The notes under the pieces were generated by a model. It was not told the DNA's origin. It searched no databases and was given only the letters and a program-made list of their open reading frames with translations. 64,000 bases of DNA from Eledone cirrhosa (Eukaryota). Location: positions 39,990,001-40,054,000 of the forward strand of contig OZ024753.1 of assembly GCA_964016885.1 (NCBI GenBank), written 5' to 3'. Positions 35,134 through 49,566 of this stretch are shown in pieces. The position numbers and the translations under genes were made by a program. Each line of letters starts with the position of its first letter. The stretch's first letter is position 1.

Positions 35134-35467
35134 TAATTGTTTCTACTTTTGGCACAAGGCCAGCACTTTATTTTATCGATCCCGTAAGGATGAAAGGCAA
35201 AGTTAACCTCGGCGGGATTTGAACTCAGACCGTAAAGAAACGTAACTATACTAGAAAGCATGGCGTCCAACCCTCTACCGATACTGCCAATTCACCGCCC
35301 CATAATAATTGTTTTTACTTTTGGCGCAGGGCCATAAATTACCCAGTACATTACTGGTACTTTATTTTATCGACCCCGTAAGGATGAAAGGTAAAGTTAA
35401 CCTCGGCGGGATTTGAACACGGACCGTAAAGGACGTAACTATGCTGGAAAGCATCGTGCCTGACCCT
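35134..35467 (-). mobile_element. Two tandem SINE family 1 copies
   Basis: Two consecutive reverse-complement consensus matches. Confidence 0.88.
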
Positions 35468-35890
35468 GTGAGTGTTTATGTATTGTACAGACATGTATAC
35501 CATTAACTTACTTCCCAGAGAAGAATTATCAAAACACTATGTGGCAAAGCTGTCCATTTGAATCACAGGTTTACTCAATCGTGTCTTACAGTGCAAAATG
35601 CTTTGAACGAAATCCTGAAGAAAAACTGACGATACAGATAGAAAAATGTGCCGTCTGTTAGCTTAATGAGCAGATTAACGAGTGGATATTTGTATGAGAA
35701 GCTCGGAATATTCACTTAAAACACACATTCATCAAAAGTACATAGACCAAAAGATAAATTGGTTGGAAACCTTCGTAGCAAAACAAATTGATCGAAAACT
35801 GTCCGCCGAAACAGATGCAGAATATTTAATGAAATGTTAATTTTTTTTTCTAAGAAATAGGTTCAAATTTTATTTTTAAAAATGATGGAT

Positions 35891-36100
35891 TTATTTATTG
35901 ATATCGGAATCGATTACAGTGGCGAATTTGATGCAGGATGCTCCAGGGCTGCGGCATCTACAGGCATTGTTAGGCGTTGTCATGTACGTCATTTCACAGC
36001 TTGTCTTTTTGATGGAGCTGCAGTCCTGAGTTAAGTGAAAACCATGACTGGGTAACTTGTAATTGATGGGTATACGTACCCATTCGCTCTTAGTATTACT
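35891..36100 (-). other. Candidate terminal exon or transposon relic encoding a Cys-rich peptide
   Basis: ctaat branch point, tccatttcag| acceptor, 69 open codons (…DCSSIKKTSCEMTYMTTPNNACRCRSPGASCIKF…), AATAAA at the stop. Confidence 0.28.
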
Positions 36101-36259
36101 CTGAAATGGAGGTACTTCTTTGCATATAATTAGCGCTCGTATCGGTAATTAATTAAGAGATGAGATACAGTTGGATCTGCGTGAAGAGTCCAAGTGTATG
36201 ATAATGTTATATCTATGTAAATAAAGATTATGTAACTGAGACTGCACCAATCCCATCCC

Positions 36260-37035
36260 TCTATAGAAACACAATTTCAATATAACAAATTGTAAGTTAA
36301 ATGCTTTGAAATGTTTAGACAAACAAACAACAAAAATCTACTGACAGTGCTCTAAAATCATCACTCCAAAGTAGATATAGATAGAATAGACTTATTCCGT
36401 TCATAAAGTGGGCGTCGTCTGATACGAAAAACATAACATCAGTTGGACAAGAAAACAAATACAGAAGAAGCAGACGAAGTCTGATAAATGTTAGAAGATA
36501 AATATATAGATACAGAAATAATTAAATAAGTGAACTAGTCTCTCAATATAAAGAATTGATAACATACAAACTATTACCGAAAAGCTAACCACGCTTTAAA
36601 AACAAACAAATGGATTTATAGAAAAACAAAATGACAAATAAAAACTAAACTTAAACAATATTTAAAAACCCATTCCACAGTCAATATCCAGCAATTGTTC
36701 GACAGAGAATTAAGACAGATTGAAAATCAACCGTGATTGAAAAGCTCTGAGTTAAAAAGCAGAAACAGTAGGTTTGATGCTTTTCTCTCAAGGCCGATGT
36801 CTGACCACAAACAATTAGATAAATTAAATAATTGAAATAGATCCTAAAGTCAAATTCAGTACCACAAATAATTACAAAAATTAAATAATTGAAACAGATC
36901 CTAGCTTCAAATGCAGTATTATGAAATTTGGTTATAACATCCCTGGATGCCAGGCCTTGCTAAGTTCGAGTTTATACACTGAGTTAGTAGCTATACACAT
37001 TGAGATATATCACAAACAAGAAGAAATGGTATAAG
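36260..37035 (+). pseudogene. Decayed R4/Dong-type LINE remnant
   Basis: A-rich coding-like sequence with LKSSELK/AETVG and a broken I..GC..LA zinc-knuckle region. Confidence 0.5.
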
Positions 37036-37484
37036 TGTTATATTACATGTTTAGGGAAAGGATAGTTTGATCCTTGTTCGAACGTATTGTTCAAGTATGG
37101 AAATATATTTCGGTTTCTTAGCATGTTATAATCTAGGGGAGCCCAGAAACCACATATTTGATAGATTCTTATATGTACAGAAAGAATTACGAATAATATA
37201 TAACGAGTCCCAACGATGTTAAAGACAGCAGCGTGTAATTTGGTGGAGATTCGGTTCCCCTCTTTAGCATGTCGCCTCAAGTCAGTCATAGCCGAGCATA
37301 CCTATGATGAAAGTCCTTCAAGGCGTAACTAATCCACAGGGTTCTTTCTGTTTCTTGCTGGTGTTGTTGTTGCTTTTTTCAATTTATTTTACAGATATCG
37401 TATATCAAGGACTGTTACCTATGAGTTCTTCATTTGTTAATAAAGCAGGTCAAGAGGTTGAAGGAGATACGGGTGTTATATCTA

Positions 37485-37524
<40 letters not shown>

Positions 37525-37530
37525 TCTATT

Positions 37531-37640
37531 CTAAGGCGGGTAAAATTCCCGAGATCCATGGACGAGTTCTCTCCAGCGGTCTCTGTCCCTCATTATCGCT
37601 GCCATGTCCTGCGTCTCCAATAGACCAGTGTCTGTCCTAT
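37531..37640 (-). pseudogene. RTE LINE 3' remnant
   Basis: DTGLLETQDMAAIMRDRDRWRELV, typical of the RTE ORF end. Confidence 0.6.
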
Positions 37641-37647
37641 ATATGCT

Positions 37648-37695
<48 letters not shown>

Positions 37696-38045
37696 CATAT
37701 ATATATATAGCATATATATATATATATATATATAGCATATATATATATAGCATATATATATATATATATATATAGCATATATATATATAGCATATATATA
37801 TAATATATATATAGCATATATATATAGCATATATAGGCGTGTGGCTGAGTGGATAGAGAATTGGATTCACAATCGTGACGTTGTGAGTTCGATTCTCGGG
37901 CGATGCGTTATGTCCTTGAGCAAGACACTTTATTTCACGTTGCTCCTTCTACCTGGAATTGCGACCGATAGATAGTATTAGCAATTGGAAAGACCAATGG
38001 AAACACTGTTTCCTCGGTCCGATTTGACGAAAGTCGATCGTTAGG

Positions 38046-38083
<38 letters not shown>

Positions 38084-38283
38084 GCCCCACCACTACCAGG
38101 TGGCCTACGATATATATATATTCTTTGCTTAAACTTTAATCTGTTATTTTAATAAATATATATATATATATATATATATACGTTATTCCGGGTTGAATCG
38201 GAGGTAACCACAGTAAGTAAGGTACTCAATACATAGCAGAGTATAACAGTTTTAATATAGATGAGAAATCTCATCTATATTAA

Positions 38284-38325
<42 letters not shown>

Positions 38326-38453
38326 AAAGTTATATTTAAAATTGTTGGGTTACAACTAGTAAATATTTATAACTGATATAAAAGCACTCGACAAATATTT
38401 GGAGTATATTTACAATATTAAATAAATGGAAACTATATTTATAAAACCATATT

Positions 38454-38519
38454 TATTTCATTATATATATTTCGGGGATATCATATTAACAATATGCTAT
38501 GCCTTCCTCAGACAAAATA
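38454..38519 (-). ncRNA. Inverted copy of the 38630-38695 hammerhead
   Basis: Left arm of the ~38411-38738 inverted repeat. Confidence 0.7.
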
Positions 38520-38629
38520 CAATATAAACAGTTTTATAGATAAATAGACTGCCAGCTTAACCTCTTCAAATGCAAGTCGGTGTTATAACGGTATGTCGAA
38601 TCTATTTATCTATAAAACTGTTTATATTG

Positions 38630-38695
38630 TATTTTGTCTGAGGAAGGCATAGCATATTGTTAATATGATATCCCCGAAATATATATAATGAAATA
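38630..38695 (+). ncRNA. Type I hammerhead ribozyme, same family as 5499-5563; closing pair of stem II mismatched
   Basis: tattttgt CTGAGGA aggcatagcatatt-gtt-aatatgatatcccc GAAA tatat ATA atgaaata. Confidence 0.7.
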
Positions 38696-38732
38696 AATAT
38701 GGTTTTATAAATATAGTTTCCATTTATTTAAT

Positions 38733-38767
<35 letters not shown>

Positions 38768-39754
38768 AAAAGAGAGAGAGAGTCGATGATATACAGGCTT
38801 CGTATTCTGGTCGCCATATAAGAAAACAGACTAATAGACGGACAGACATGTAGTGGGGTGGGTTGGTGGGAAGGAAAGCAGCTAGGTAGTCAGGTAAGCC
38901 GTTAAGAAGATCCAATGGAGATATCTGGCTTTGGACAATGTAATGCTATTATGAGTAGTCATAATTCATTAAGAGGATTATATAGTAATTTGATGTATTC
39001 TATGCAAATGCTGTGCACAAGTAAACTTACATATACATACAATATATATACAATATATTAATATATATATGAGTGTTTTCAGTGTGTGAGAGCGTGCGTA
39101 CGTGTGTTTTTGGATACATGTCGGTGTATATATATATTTATGTATATAACATTCCCGTGCATTACTGGTACTTTATTTTATCGACCCCATAGATACATAA
39201 GTAGATATTATGGATATATATATATATTGTTATACTTGGGGAGGGTCATATTTGCGTAATATTGCCAGAATTAATAACAGAACACACGTATAACAATATC
39301 GTATACACACGTATAACAATATCTGTTATACACAAGTATAACAATATCTGTTTCGACACACGATTTCATATAAAAAACCTCGCTAAACTAATTCATCGCC
39401 GCTATATATATATATATATATAACCATAATATCTACTTATGTATCTACTCAGAGGACCAGTGAACTCAAAGCAATCCATACAGAGCTCAGTCTCACACAT
39501 AAACATACAATATTGTATGGTCACAACTTAATACAGTAATGATTTATTATAGTTATATAGATTGTATAGCAGCTTATTGTTAAGCCTATAGATATTCTCG
39601 TTGGCATGTCTCATGTGGCTAACTTAACAGATAATGTTTACATTGATTTACGTTAACGATTAATTTGCAGTCTCGTATATCTAAAACGCTTCAAACTAAT
39701 TACTTTCCTATCTTACTATTTCAGTAATAATAACACTATAACAGTAGGATGTAT

Positions 39755-40356
<602 letters not shown>

Positions 40357-40434
40357 AACAAAGGAAATGTGGTAAGGAACCAGGTGGACCATAACGCACC
40401 AAAGTACTCAATACTTAGGGTAGTAGAGTGGGTA

Positions 40435-40468
<34 letters not shown>

Positions 40469-40487
40469 CTATATATGTGTGTGTATG

Positions 40488-40519
<32 letters not shown>

Positions 40520-41032
40520 TATATATATGTGTGTGTGTATATATATACATATATACACACATATGTATCTCTCTCTCTCTCTCTCTCTCATGCATGTATG
40601 TAAGTATGTCTATATAAAAAAAAAAATACAAGCTGTCTGTTGGTGTTTCCGTTAGTTACTGGTTTGGCTTCCTATTCCATAATACACTGAAAACATCGTA
40701 TGAAACTCAAAATAATATATATACACATATGTATACATATACGCAAACATCCATAGATATATACGTTGGTATACGCACGCTTACGTGCTTACATAACTAC
40801 ATTTATGTTTACATAACCAACTAGGTACATACTTATATACTTACATCCATGTATTACACAGATTTCAATAAAGGAGACACTGTACTTTTGATCGAATGAT
40901 ATTGTGGAGTAAGTAGCTACATGACGTCATAACCATCTACTGTCGTTTGGTACGTTTGATGTCCTAACCATATAGATAGATTGATAGGTAGATAGATTGA
41001 TATATAGATATATTGATGGATAGATAGATATG

Positions 41033-41535
41033 TTTCTTTTATTTGCCACCAGGGCATCAAAAGTGGGACAAGTACAAAGGGGGGAGTTTACACAAAAAGG
41101 CGTCCTCAATAAGGAGGAGGCAATAACAAAATATAAAAATAAAATAAAATATAACAAAAAATAAAATTTATAACAAAATCCTCAATAGAGAGGAGGCGCC
41201 TTGGGGGGTCGCACACACCCTCGAAAAAAGTGTGCAACCCTTTTCCTCAGGAGCACAGAGAGGGGGTGCTCCCTCGTTCCTTCCCCTTTTCCACCTACAG
41301 GCTTATGTAAAGTGAAGGCCCATTCACACGGGCCATTCTCGCCACTTTCACCCACCTTTCATAAAAACGACTGGGGTGGAGCACCTCTCTCTCCATCCTG
41401 ATCCTTCTTCCGAAATGATATCGGAAGAAACGGACCAGTTGTTGGCCAGAGAGAAAGGTGCCTGACCTCAGTCCTTTCAGACGCGTCCACCATACAACCT
41501 CTTTCGCCATGGCTATTACGCACAGAAACACCGCC
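41033..41535 (-). mobile_element. 5'-truncated Tx1-type LINE copy
   Basis: ORF 41295-41531 (FLCVIAMAKEVVWWTRLKGLRSG...MARVNGPSLY) is nearly identical to the ORF2 C-terminus. (GATA)n flanks. Confidence 0.92.
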
Positions 41536-41677
41536 TAGATAGATAGATAGATGGGTTTCTTTATTTGCCATTGTTAGATAGGCAGATATTGGTAAATTGA
41601 TAGATAGATAGATAAATATCTTTCTTTATATAGATACATAGACAGATACGTAGGTAGGGGCATAGATATAGATAGAT

Positions 41678-41770
41678 GTTTATTTATTAGCCACAGGGGC
41701 ACAAAATAAGGGGACAAATACAGAGGGGGGGGAGTTTACATACACTAAACACGTGTAAAATACTATAGGA
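41678..41770 (-). mobile_element. Tx1-type LINE 3' UTR fragment
   Basis: tttattagccacaggggcacaaaataagggacaaatacagaggggg matches the 3' UTR; adjacent to gata repeats. Confidence 0.75.
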
Positions 41771-42533
41771 AGGTAGGTAGAAGTGTCTTATACATACATA
41801 CTAGCATACATACATGCATACATGCATACAGACAGGCAGACAGAAAACTGGAGAACTCTACTCATTTATTTCCGACAAGTTAATAACATCCCACACTGGA
41901 TAACATGGTTTGATGTTCCCTGTACACAGGAAAATGGCAGCCATAAGTTTAAAGCTTTTAATAACAGTTCAGCTCAATCAAGGCTGACCTGGGGCTAAAC
42001 ACTAGCTACAAGAACATCAATACAAATAGGGACAATGGCAACAAAATAGAACTGACAAACGAGACAGACAAGTATGATGACTACAAAAGGTGTTTAAACT
42101 TCGTAATGATTATATTTACTTTCTATATATTTAAACGTCTATCTAGTTTCCATGGCAATGACGTAAATGATAATGTCGTTGTTACCTATAGCAACTATTC
42201 TGTTTAGAGAATTATCAAGGGAGCTTCTATAAGGTGGCTCGACCTTCTGGCAATGTTACTAAATATTACTGAATCCAATGACACGACACATCTGTGTCTC
42301 GAATAAGGTAGGAAATATTGGATAATATATAATCCTATATAACAATAAAACATGACAGGCCAGAGTATATATATACATACCTTCACATATATATGCTGTC
42401 TTCGATGAGTAGGTACAGGGGGCGTTGGGGGGGGGGGGGGGTCGTAGAGATAATATAGTATTACATTAAATATCAAATGAAACACATATATATAAATATA
42501 GTAAAATAAAAAAAATATATATTTATTTATACA

Positions 42534-42763
42534 TAATTGTTTCTACTTTTGGCACAAGGCCAGCAATTATCCCAGTGCATTACTGGTACTTTATTTTATC
42601 GACCCCCGTAAGGATGTAAGACAAAGTTGACCTCGATGGGATTTGAACTCAGATCATAAAGGGGCGTAACTCAACGCTGCAAAGCATGGCTTTCGACGCC
42701 CTACCGATACTGCCAATACACTGGGATAATTGCTGGCCTTGTGCCAAAAGTAGAAACAATTAT
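42534..42763 (-). mobile_element. SINE family 1 followed by an inverted duplicate of its own 3' end
   Basis: 42534-42718 on minus; ~42718-42763 is the reverse complement of ~42534-42578. Confidence 0.88.
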
Positions 42764-43612
42764 ATATTATATTATATATATAAATATAAATAAATGGATG
42801 ATGTGAAGAATTTGACAGAATAAACTATGGGAATTGTGTTGTCCGTTGAGAGCTTGTAAGCGTAAACAAAAGAGAGACAGGCTAATGATGTGTGACAGGA
42901 GATGATATAGAGTAAAAATATATTTGTGTAAATATAAAGATACATAATATATATGAATATAGTAAAATAAAAAAATATATATTTATTTATACATTGTATA
43001 TATTATATTATTTATTATATATAAATTACGGATTTTATTTATTATATATTATTTACAATTTGCTTGTAGGTAGGTCTCTCTTGAAATAAGGTTAGGGACG
43101 CTGAGGGTATGACATAGCCGTGAGGAGGGTGGTGACCTCAAAAGGTGTGTGTGCTCAGAATGAGATCACCTGAGGCTACCTACAACTGGCATGAGAGCAA
43201 TTGGAATTGTACCCCTACTTACACACTTCTACTGCTACCCCAGCCGTAGAAAACCGTTAAAAGAAAAACGTCTCGATAAACAAACCCCAAAACTATATGG
43301 AAGAAAGATTGATTAAGTAATGGAACACTACGAATATGTGGAAAATTGTATGGTTTTGATAGTTGCTAGGTAACTATAAGGCACCACATCTGAGCACAGA
43401 CAGACATTTGAAATGTATATATACATACGTAACAGATGATATGCAATAGACGCATTCAAGCAAACAAGCAAATGGAATTCATGACATCGGTTGACCTCAT
43501 CTTATACACAGAATTAGTAGCAAGAACTTACGAAAATATATATCTGTAGACATACGGACGTACATAGATACATACACGCGTGCGTACATAGATATATGCG
43601 TACATACACACA

Positions 43613-44210
43613 TGGTGGCTGCCAACTCGTTTTCGAGTACGGTCACTACTTTATATCCATGTAGGAGAACCCCCACCGATGAGCTGAACGAGTGTGACTT
43701 TTTAGTCCAGCCAGCGACTTGAAAACTCTGGTACAAAGACTACACTTGTGACAATTACTGACACATAGTGCTGGGCCCATGGTACCATATGATGACAAGT
43801 GCAGAGAGGTCTCCAGATATAAAGCAATGCCTGTGCCGTGAAGCTTTTATACTGAGCAAAGGCATTGCACAAAGCCAGTCCCACTCTCTTAACCAAGATG
43901 ATATTTACCAAAAAGAACAAGTCAACATCATTGGATACCATCAGGGTTGCAGGTGTTATATCAGAGTTTTCCTTGTCCTAGAATTCTGCCTTAACAAAGG
44001 CTAAGGGGGCATCTCTCCCGGTGATTTTGGATGGCCATTGACTCTTAAGAGCTCCTTTGCCCTTTGACAGGTTTTGTCTTTCGTCCTGCAGGATGTCCAA
44101 AGTCACCCTCCTCACCAAGAAACCTTGGTGGGGTTGCCAGTTTAGTCGCCAACCATGAGACAGGTTGTACTGGGATACATGTTACCAGTAGCACCAACTG
44201 GTGACCTGAC
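43613..44210 (-). mobile_element. Bipartite RTE-derived element, full copy, inverted
   Basis: Reverse complement of the same family, with a small deletion in the 5' structured region. Confidence 0.87.
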
Positions 44211-44320
44211 CACAGACATCCATACATACATACACACATCCATCCATCCATACGTAGATACACATACGTATATACATACGTACGTACACACGTACATACA
44301 TATATACATATATACGTACG

Positions 44321-44369
<49 letters not shown>

Positions 44370-44792
44370 GAATGGAGGCGTTAAAAACTAGTTAGACCAT
44401 TACTTCCCAGAGTACTCGATACTTGGGGTAGTAAGGTGGGTAGTAGGAAAAAATTCAGGATCCCGACGGCTAAGCTTCAGCCGTTTCACCCGGTTGAAAC
44501 GGCTGAAGCTCAGCGATCGGGTCCTGACGTTTTTCATGTATATACTTCAGATAAAATGTGTAGAGTGCTTCAAATCTGTTATAAAATTAATTCTGTTGAA
44601 TAATAATCAACAAACTCATTGTTTTTATATATATATATAGAGAGATTTTGAGTATATGTTGGTTGTATACCAACACCTCAGTATGCAGGCTGGAGCACTC
44701 GACGAGGTGCGCGGGTTGGTTTGGTTACTCCGGAGTAATGTAAAATAAAGTAAAATAAAAAGTCAAATGCTTAAAATTTAGCTTCGTTTATT

Positions 44793-44847
44793 ACTGCTAT
44801 ATATATTTCGGTGACAGCCATCTTTGGCTGTGACCTCTTCAGGCAGT
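44793..44847 (-). ncRNA. Type I hammerhead ribozyme, intact core
   Basis: Minus strand: actgc CTGAAGA ggtcacagcca-aaga-tggctgtcacc GAAA tatat ATA gcagt. Confidence 0.87.
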
Positions 44848-44964
44848 CCGAATTAGTGTGGTATAGACAAGTACATATGTTGTTGAGGTGTATAATATTG
44901 TCAATACTCTGATATGTCCAGTTCCTGGTTAGGTTGCTATTTCTCTGAGGAACTGGAATCATAT

Positions 44965-45018
<54 letters not shown>

Positions 45019-45366
45019 ATATGCACACACATATATATACATATGTGTGTGTTCAACTTCCATCAGTTCCGAGTAGTGTTCCAGGTGTTTAAACAACCGA
45101 ACAGCCTGCTCGTTAAATTAACGTGTCATTGGCCAAGCCTTTCCACAGACACGTGTACCATAAATGTAGTTGAAACGTGACAGTGTGTGTACAAAGCTAC
45201 CTCTTTTTCAATTACAGGAACACCTCGTATATATGGAATATTAATATTGGTTTTAACTTTGAGGCTCACAGTTGTATAAATGTAAATATAATTTAGTTGT
45301 AGAAGTGGGGTCCTAACGAGTATCATTCACTAGTAACTAACTTGCCCTCCGCCTCGGGGTCTTCCC

Positions 45367-45398
<32 letters not shown>

Positions 45399-45560
45399 TC
45401 GTGTAAAGCATGCAGAACTTCTTTATTTGGCTTTTTGTTTAAATTTGTCGTTTTATGTCTTTTCTCATGAATAAGTCTTATACATAAATTAATCGTGCTT
45501 TGGAAAATTTCACTAAAGATATATATTAACTGTTTGAGCTCTTTATATTTTCATGTCTGG

Positions 45561-45743
45561 CAGTCACGTTAACCATCAACGTTGAACTAATGTCAATGAT
45601 AATAAGCCTACCATTAGCTGGGAGGGAATATAGAGAGTTCAAACAGTTAGCTTACCACTAATTATTTGAATACTTTATATTTCCAGCTACTGGAAGACTT
45701 ATTATCTTTGACGGTATTTTAACGTTGGTGGTTAACGTGACTG
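45561..45743. mobile_element. Fold-back MITE
   Basis: 23-bp TIR cagtcacgttaacca(t/c)caacgtt (22/23 match), with imperfect symmetry continuing inward. Confidence 0.75.
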
Positions 45744-46251
45744 AAAGATATAGCAGTTCTGATGTCAAAATTGTCACCAGCCTGGTTATTTCAAGAGACT
45801 GTGTATTGCAGTTGTTTGTTCTTGATGGTTGGATTGGCTACAAGAAAACGGAATAACAAGGTAGCCTGTTGTGACTCGTGATGATTGCATGTCTGATATA
45901 GAAGACTGTTCACTTATTCTTTTTTTTTTTTATCGAGGTTTGACACTTCCATTATTGCTGTGAATAATGTTTATATTATTTTTACGTTAGACAATCGTTG
46001 TTTATTGGCGTGATTGTTTAGTCATGAAATAATTTAGCTCCAGGTGACGTTCATCTCAATTTAGCTCCATTCTGTTCATATAGTCAACAGGAGGAATATT
46101 TGTTTGTCATTTTATAACAATTAAACAGATCGTTGTTGAGTTTGTAGTTCCAACAAAAATGCGATTTATAGTTTCGGTTCCTTCTATAACTACAACTAAA
46201 CAGATTCTATTTATCTTTCTCGTTGTTTATTATAAAAAAATTTTCTCCAAG

Positions 46252-46441
46252 GGCGGTGGATTGGCAGTATCGGTAGAGGGTCGGACGCCATGCTTTGCAG
46301 CATAGTCACGGCCCATTACGGTCTGAGTTCAAATCCCGCCGAGGTTAATTTTGCCGTTCATCCTAACGGAGTCGATAAAATAAAGTACCAGTAATGCACT
46401 GGTTTAATTGCTGGCTTTGTGCCAAAAGTAGAAACAATTAT
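46252..46441 (+). mobile_element. SINE family 1
   Basis: Full consensus match. Confidence 0.9.
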
Positions 46442-46842
46442 TTTTTTTAAATATTCTTCACTAGTGTTGTTAATGTTGACGTTGTCATATCCAGCCATGT
46501 TGTTTGTGACAACTCTTTGTAAGGTGACTTAAATTTTTAGATAGATATCTCCATGATTCCAAATAGAATATATCTTCAATGAATTCGATGAAGAGAGCAT
46601 CCAATTATTTAACAAAGCTGGTAGTTGTGGAATTACTGTTGCAGATAGTTTCCAGCTTAAATTTAATAAATATTCTTCCACGCCATATGTGCGACTTCTT
46701 GTGTCGTGTGTGTGTGTGTTCGTTCTTCTGGTTTTATAATTTCACAAATTTTTCCAATAGAGAGAGAGTTGGTTTCTAGCATAGTTACAAGACTCTCTCG
46801 TTGGAATTTACACATCAACTAGGTAGATATGTCTGCATGTAT

Positions 46843-47448
46843 GTCAGGTCACCAGTTGGTGCTACTGGTAACATGTATCCCAGTACAACCTGTCTCATGG
46901 TCGGGTCGTTGGCGACTAAACTAGCAACCCCACCAAGGTTTCATGGTGAGGAGGGTGACTTTGGACATCCTGCAAGACTAAAAACAAAACCTGTCAAAGG
47001 GCAAAGGAGCTCTTATGAGTCAATGGCCATACAAAATCACCGGGAGAGATGACCCGTTAGCCTTTGTCAAGGCAGAATTCTAGGAGAAGGAAAACTCTGA
47101 TATAACACCTGCAACTCTGATGGTATCCAATGATGTTGACATGTTCTTCTTTTTGGTAAATATCACCTTGGTTAAGAGTGGAACTGGCTTTGTGCAGTGC
47201 ATTTGCTCACTATAAAAGCTTCACGGCACAGGCATTGCTTTATATCTGGAGATCTCTCTGCACTTGTCGTCACATGGTACCATGGGCCCAGCACTATGTG
47301 TCAATAATTGTCACAAGTGTAGTGTTTCTACCAGAGTTCTCAAGTCACTAGCTGGACTAAAAAGTCACACTCGTTCAGCGCATCGGTAGGGGTTCTCCTA
47401 CATGGATATAAAGTAGTGGTCGTACTCGAAAACGAGTTGGCAGCCACC
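46843..47448 (+). mobile_element. ~600-bp non-autonomous bipartite RTE-derived retroelement
   Basis: 5' part has the RTE-5'UTR-like motif aggcagaattctaggagaaggaaaactctga. 3' part encodes a C2H2 finger remnant and ends gtactcgaaaacgagttggcagccacca. Confidence 0.85.
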
Positions 47449-47504
47449 ACTATGTATGTATGTATGTATGTAAGCACGTATGTATGTATTTAAGTAGATA
47501 TTAT

Positions 47505-47533
<29 letters not shown>

Positions 47534-47535
<2 letters not shown>

Positions 47536-47713
47536 ACTGTTTCTACTTTAGGCACAAGGCCAGCAATTACCCAGTGCATTACTGGTACTTTATTTTATCG
47601 ACCCCGTAAGGATGAAAGGCAAAGTCAACCTCGGTGGGATTTGAACTCAGATCGTAAAGGGACGTAACTATGCTGGAAAGCATTATGTCCGACCCTCTAC
47701 CGATACTGCCAAT
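47534..47713 (-). mobile_element. SINE family 1
   Basis: Reverse complement of the consensus. Confidence 0.9.
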
Positions 47714-48142
47714 GACCAGCTTAACTATAATTCAAAATTGGATTTTTAATACATGACAGAGAGCCGTTAAATGACATCGGAGATATTTCGATATTCACGT
47801 ATTAGACTTTCATTTTAGAGGAAGTTACAGTTGCTTAGTGACTTTCCATTACATGTTATTAACGACATTTTAAAAACATTTTGTACAAGTCTCACATTTA
47901 TATAAGGATTCTTTTTTCATTAGTTATTTATATATTGTCATATTTACCAAGTCAGTATTTCTTTCATTCATACTGACATACTAAAGGCACAAAAAAATGT
48001 AAATATAAATATCGTCAACACACACACACAGATACACAGACATAAACACACTCACACACACACAGACACTCTCACACACACAGACACTCTCACATACACA
48101 CACACACATACACACACACCAACACAGAAACAATCACGCGCG

Positions 48143-48210
<68 letters not shown>

Positions 48211-48489
48211 TAGACACAATGACACACATACACACACTCACACACATACACGCATACACACATATGCAGGAAGAGAGAGAGAGAGAGAGAGAGAGGCAGA
48301 CAGGGGCAGAGGAGGCTGAATTCTAAAACTTATTCGTCTTCTCTTGTAGCCCAAGTCCAATTCCTACTGACGCATCTATCTAATTATGAAAGACAAAGGT
48401 TTGTCGCTATTGTTTTACATAAGTACACTGCATTGAAAGTATTTAACTTCTTTTCTTTTCACTCTATATCATCTGTTATTTCTCATAGT

Positions 48490-48530
48490 ATCTTCTGATG
48501 AAGGACTAGTGTCCAAAACGTAGACTTTTT
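48490..48530 (+). ncRNA. Decayed hammerhead motif; related relic at 54380-54416 on the minus strand
   Basis: ctgatgaaggactagtgtccaaaacgt (GAAAC mutated). Second relic ccgatgaaggactaacgcccgatacgtt. Confidence 0.45.
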
Positions 48531-48629
48531 TCCTAATATATCAAGCGTTAAACTATTATATTTCTTCATTGTAATTAATGTTGTCTGCGTTGTTGTTTCC
48601 GTTTACCTTTTGCATAAATAAACATACAC

Positions 48630-48682
<53 letters not shown>

Positions 48683-49566
48683 ATATATATATATACACAT
48701 ACATACATATATATATATATGAGAAAACTAAACGGATTACCAACACACAAAACGTTACACTATAATGAAGAGATACATATATACATACATACTGCCCTAA
48801 CAAATATAAGTAGACCCCCTATATATATATATATATATATAATCGCACATACATTTCCAAACACAACTTTTTTATGCATGTATATATGTGTGTGTGTGGG
48901 GGGGAGGGGTCTGTATTGATATATGTGAAGGTAAATCTTATCCCACACGCAAAGATACGTATTTCACGGTTAAATGACGTGCGCTGTCTCCATTGTAGTT
49001 ATATCAAAATGGGAGGACCCTTTACATCTGCTTCAATAGAAATTACAAAACCCACGTAACTTGGAATACAAATATACTTAATACGACAGAAAATACCAAA
49101 AAGAAACAAAATGATTTCTGAAACGTAAATGGAATCTGTAGCCAAACCGCGCAACTGAGAGATTGTAAGAGATACAAATATTAAACAAAATACATCAGAA
49201 AAATATCAAATAAATGTAATTCTCGAAACCACGAAATGCTTTAAAAAAGATATATCTACTGGAGCGTAAAGTATTTATCGGCATGAAACGATCCGACATT
49301 TCTTTGAAAAAAAAACTAACAGCCAGACTGCAAATCAAAAGAATTTTACAAGCACAGCAAAAATAGAAGAGCTTTGGAGAGGAATAACGAAAGCAGAGAA
49401 AGTATCGTAAACAAAACTAGTTAAAACAGACATCAAAGAACATGAAGAAACTTGAGAGGCTATAAACAACAAATGTAACCCATACACGGCAAAACTAAAC
49501 AGCAGGACATATGCAAAGCAGCAGGATATAATAAGCTAATAAACGCCGGGTTAAATATGTAAAATT

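Noticed and set aside
37836-37900. tRNA-like sequences with A and B boxes (also at 5108, 22850 and 27385)
   Set aside because: They continue directly into SINE bodies and lack a complete cloverleaf.
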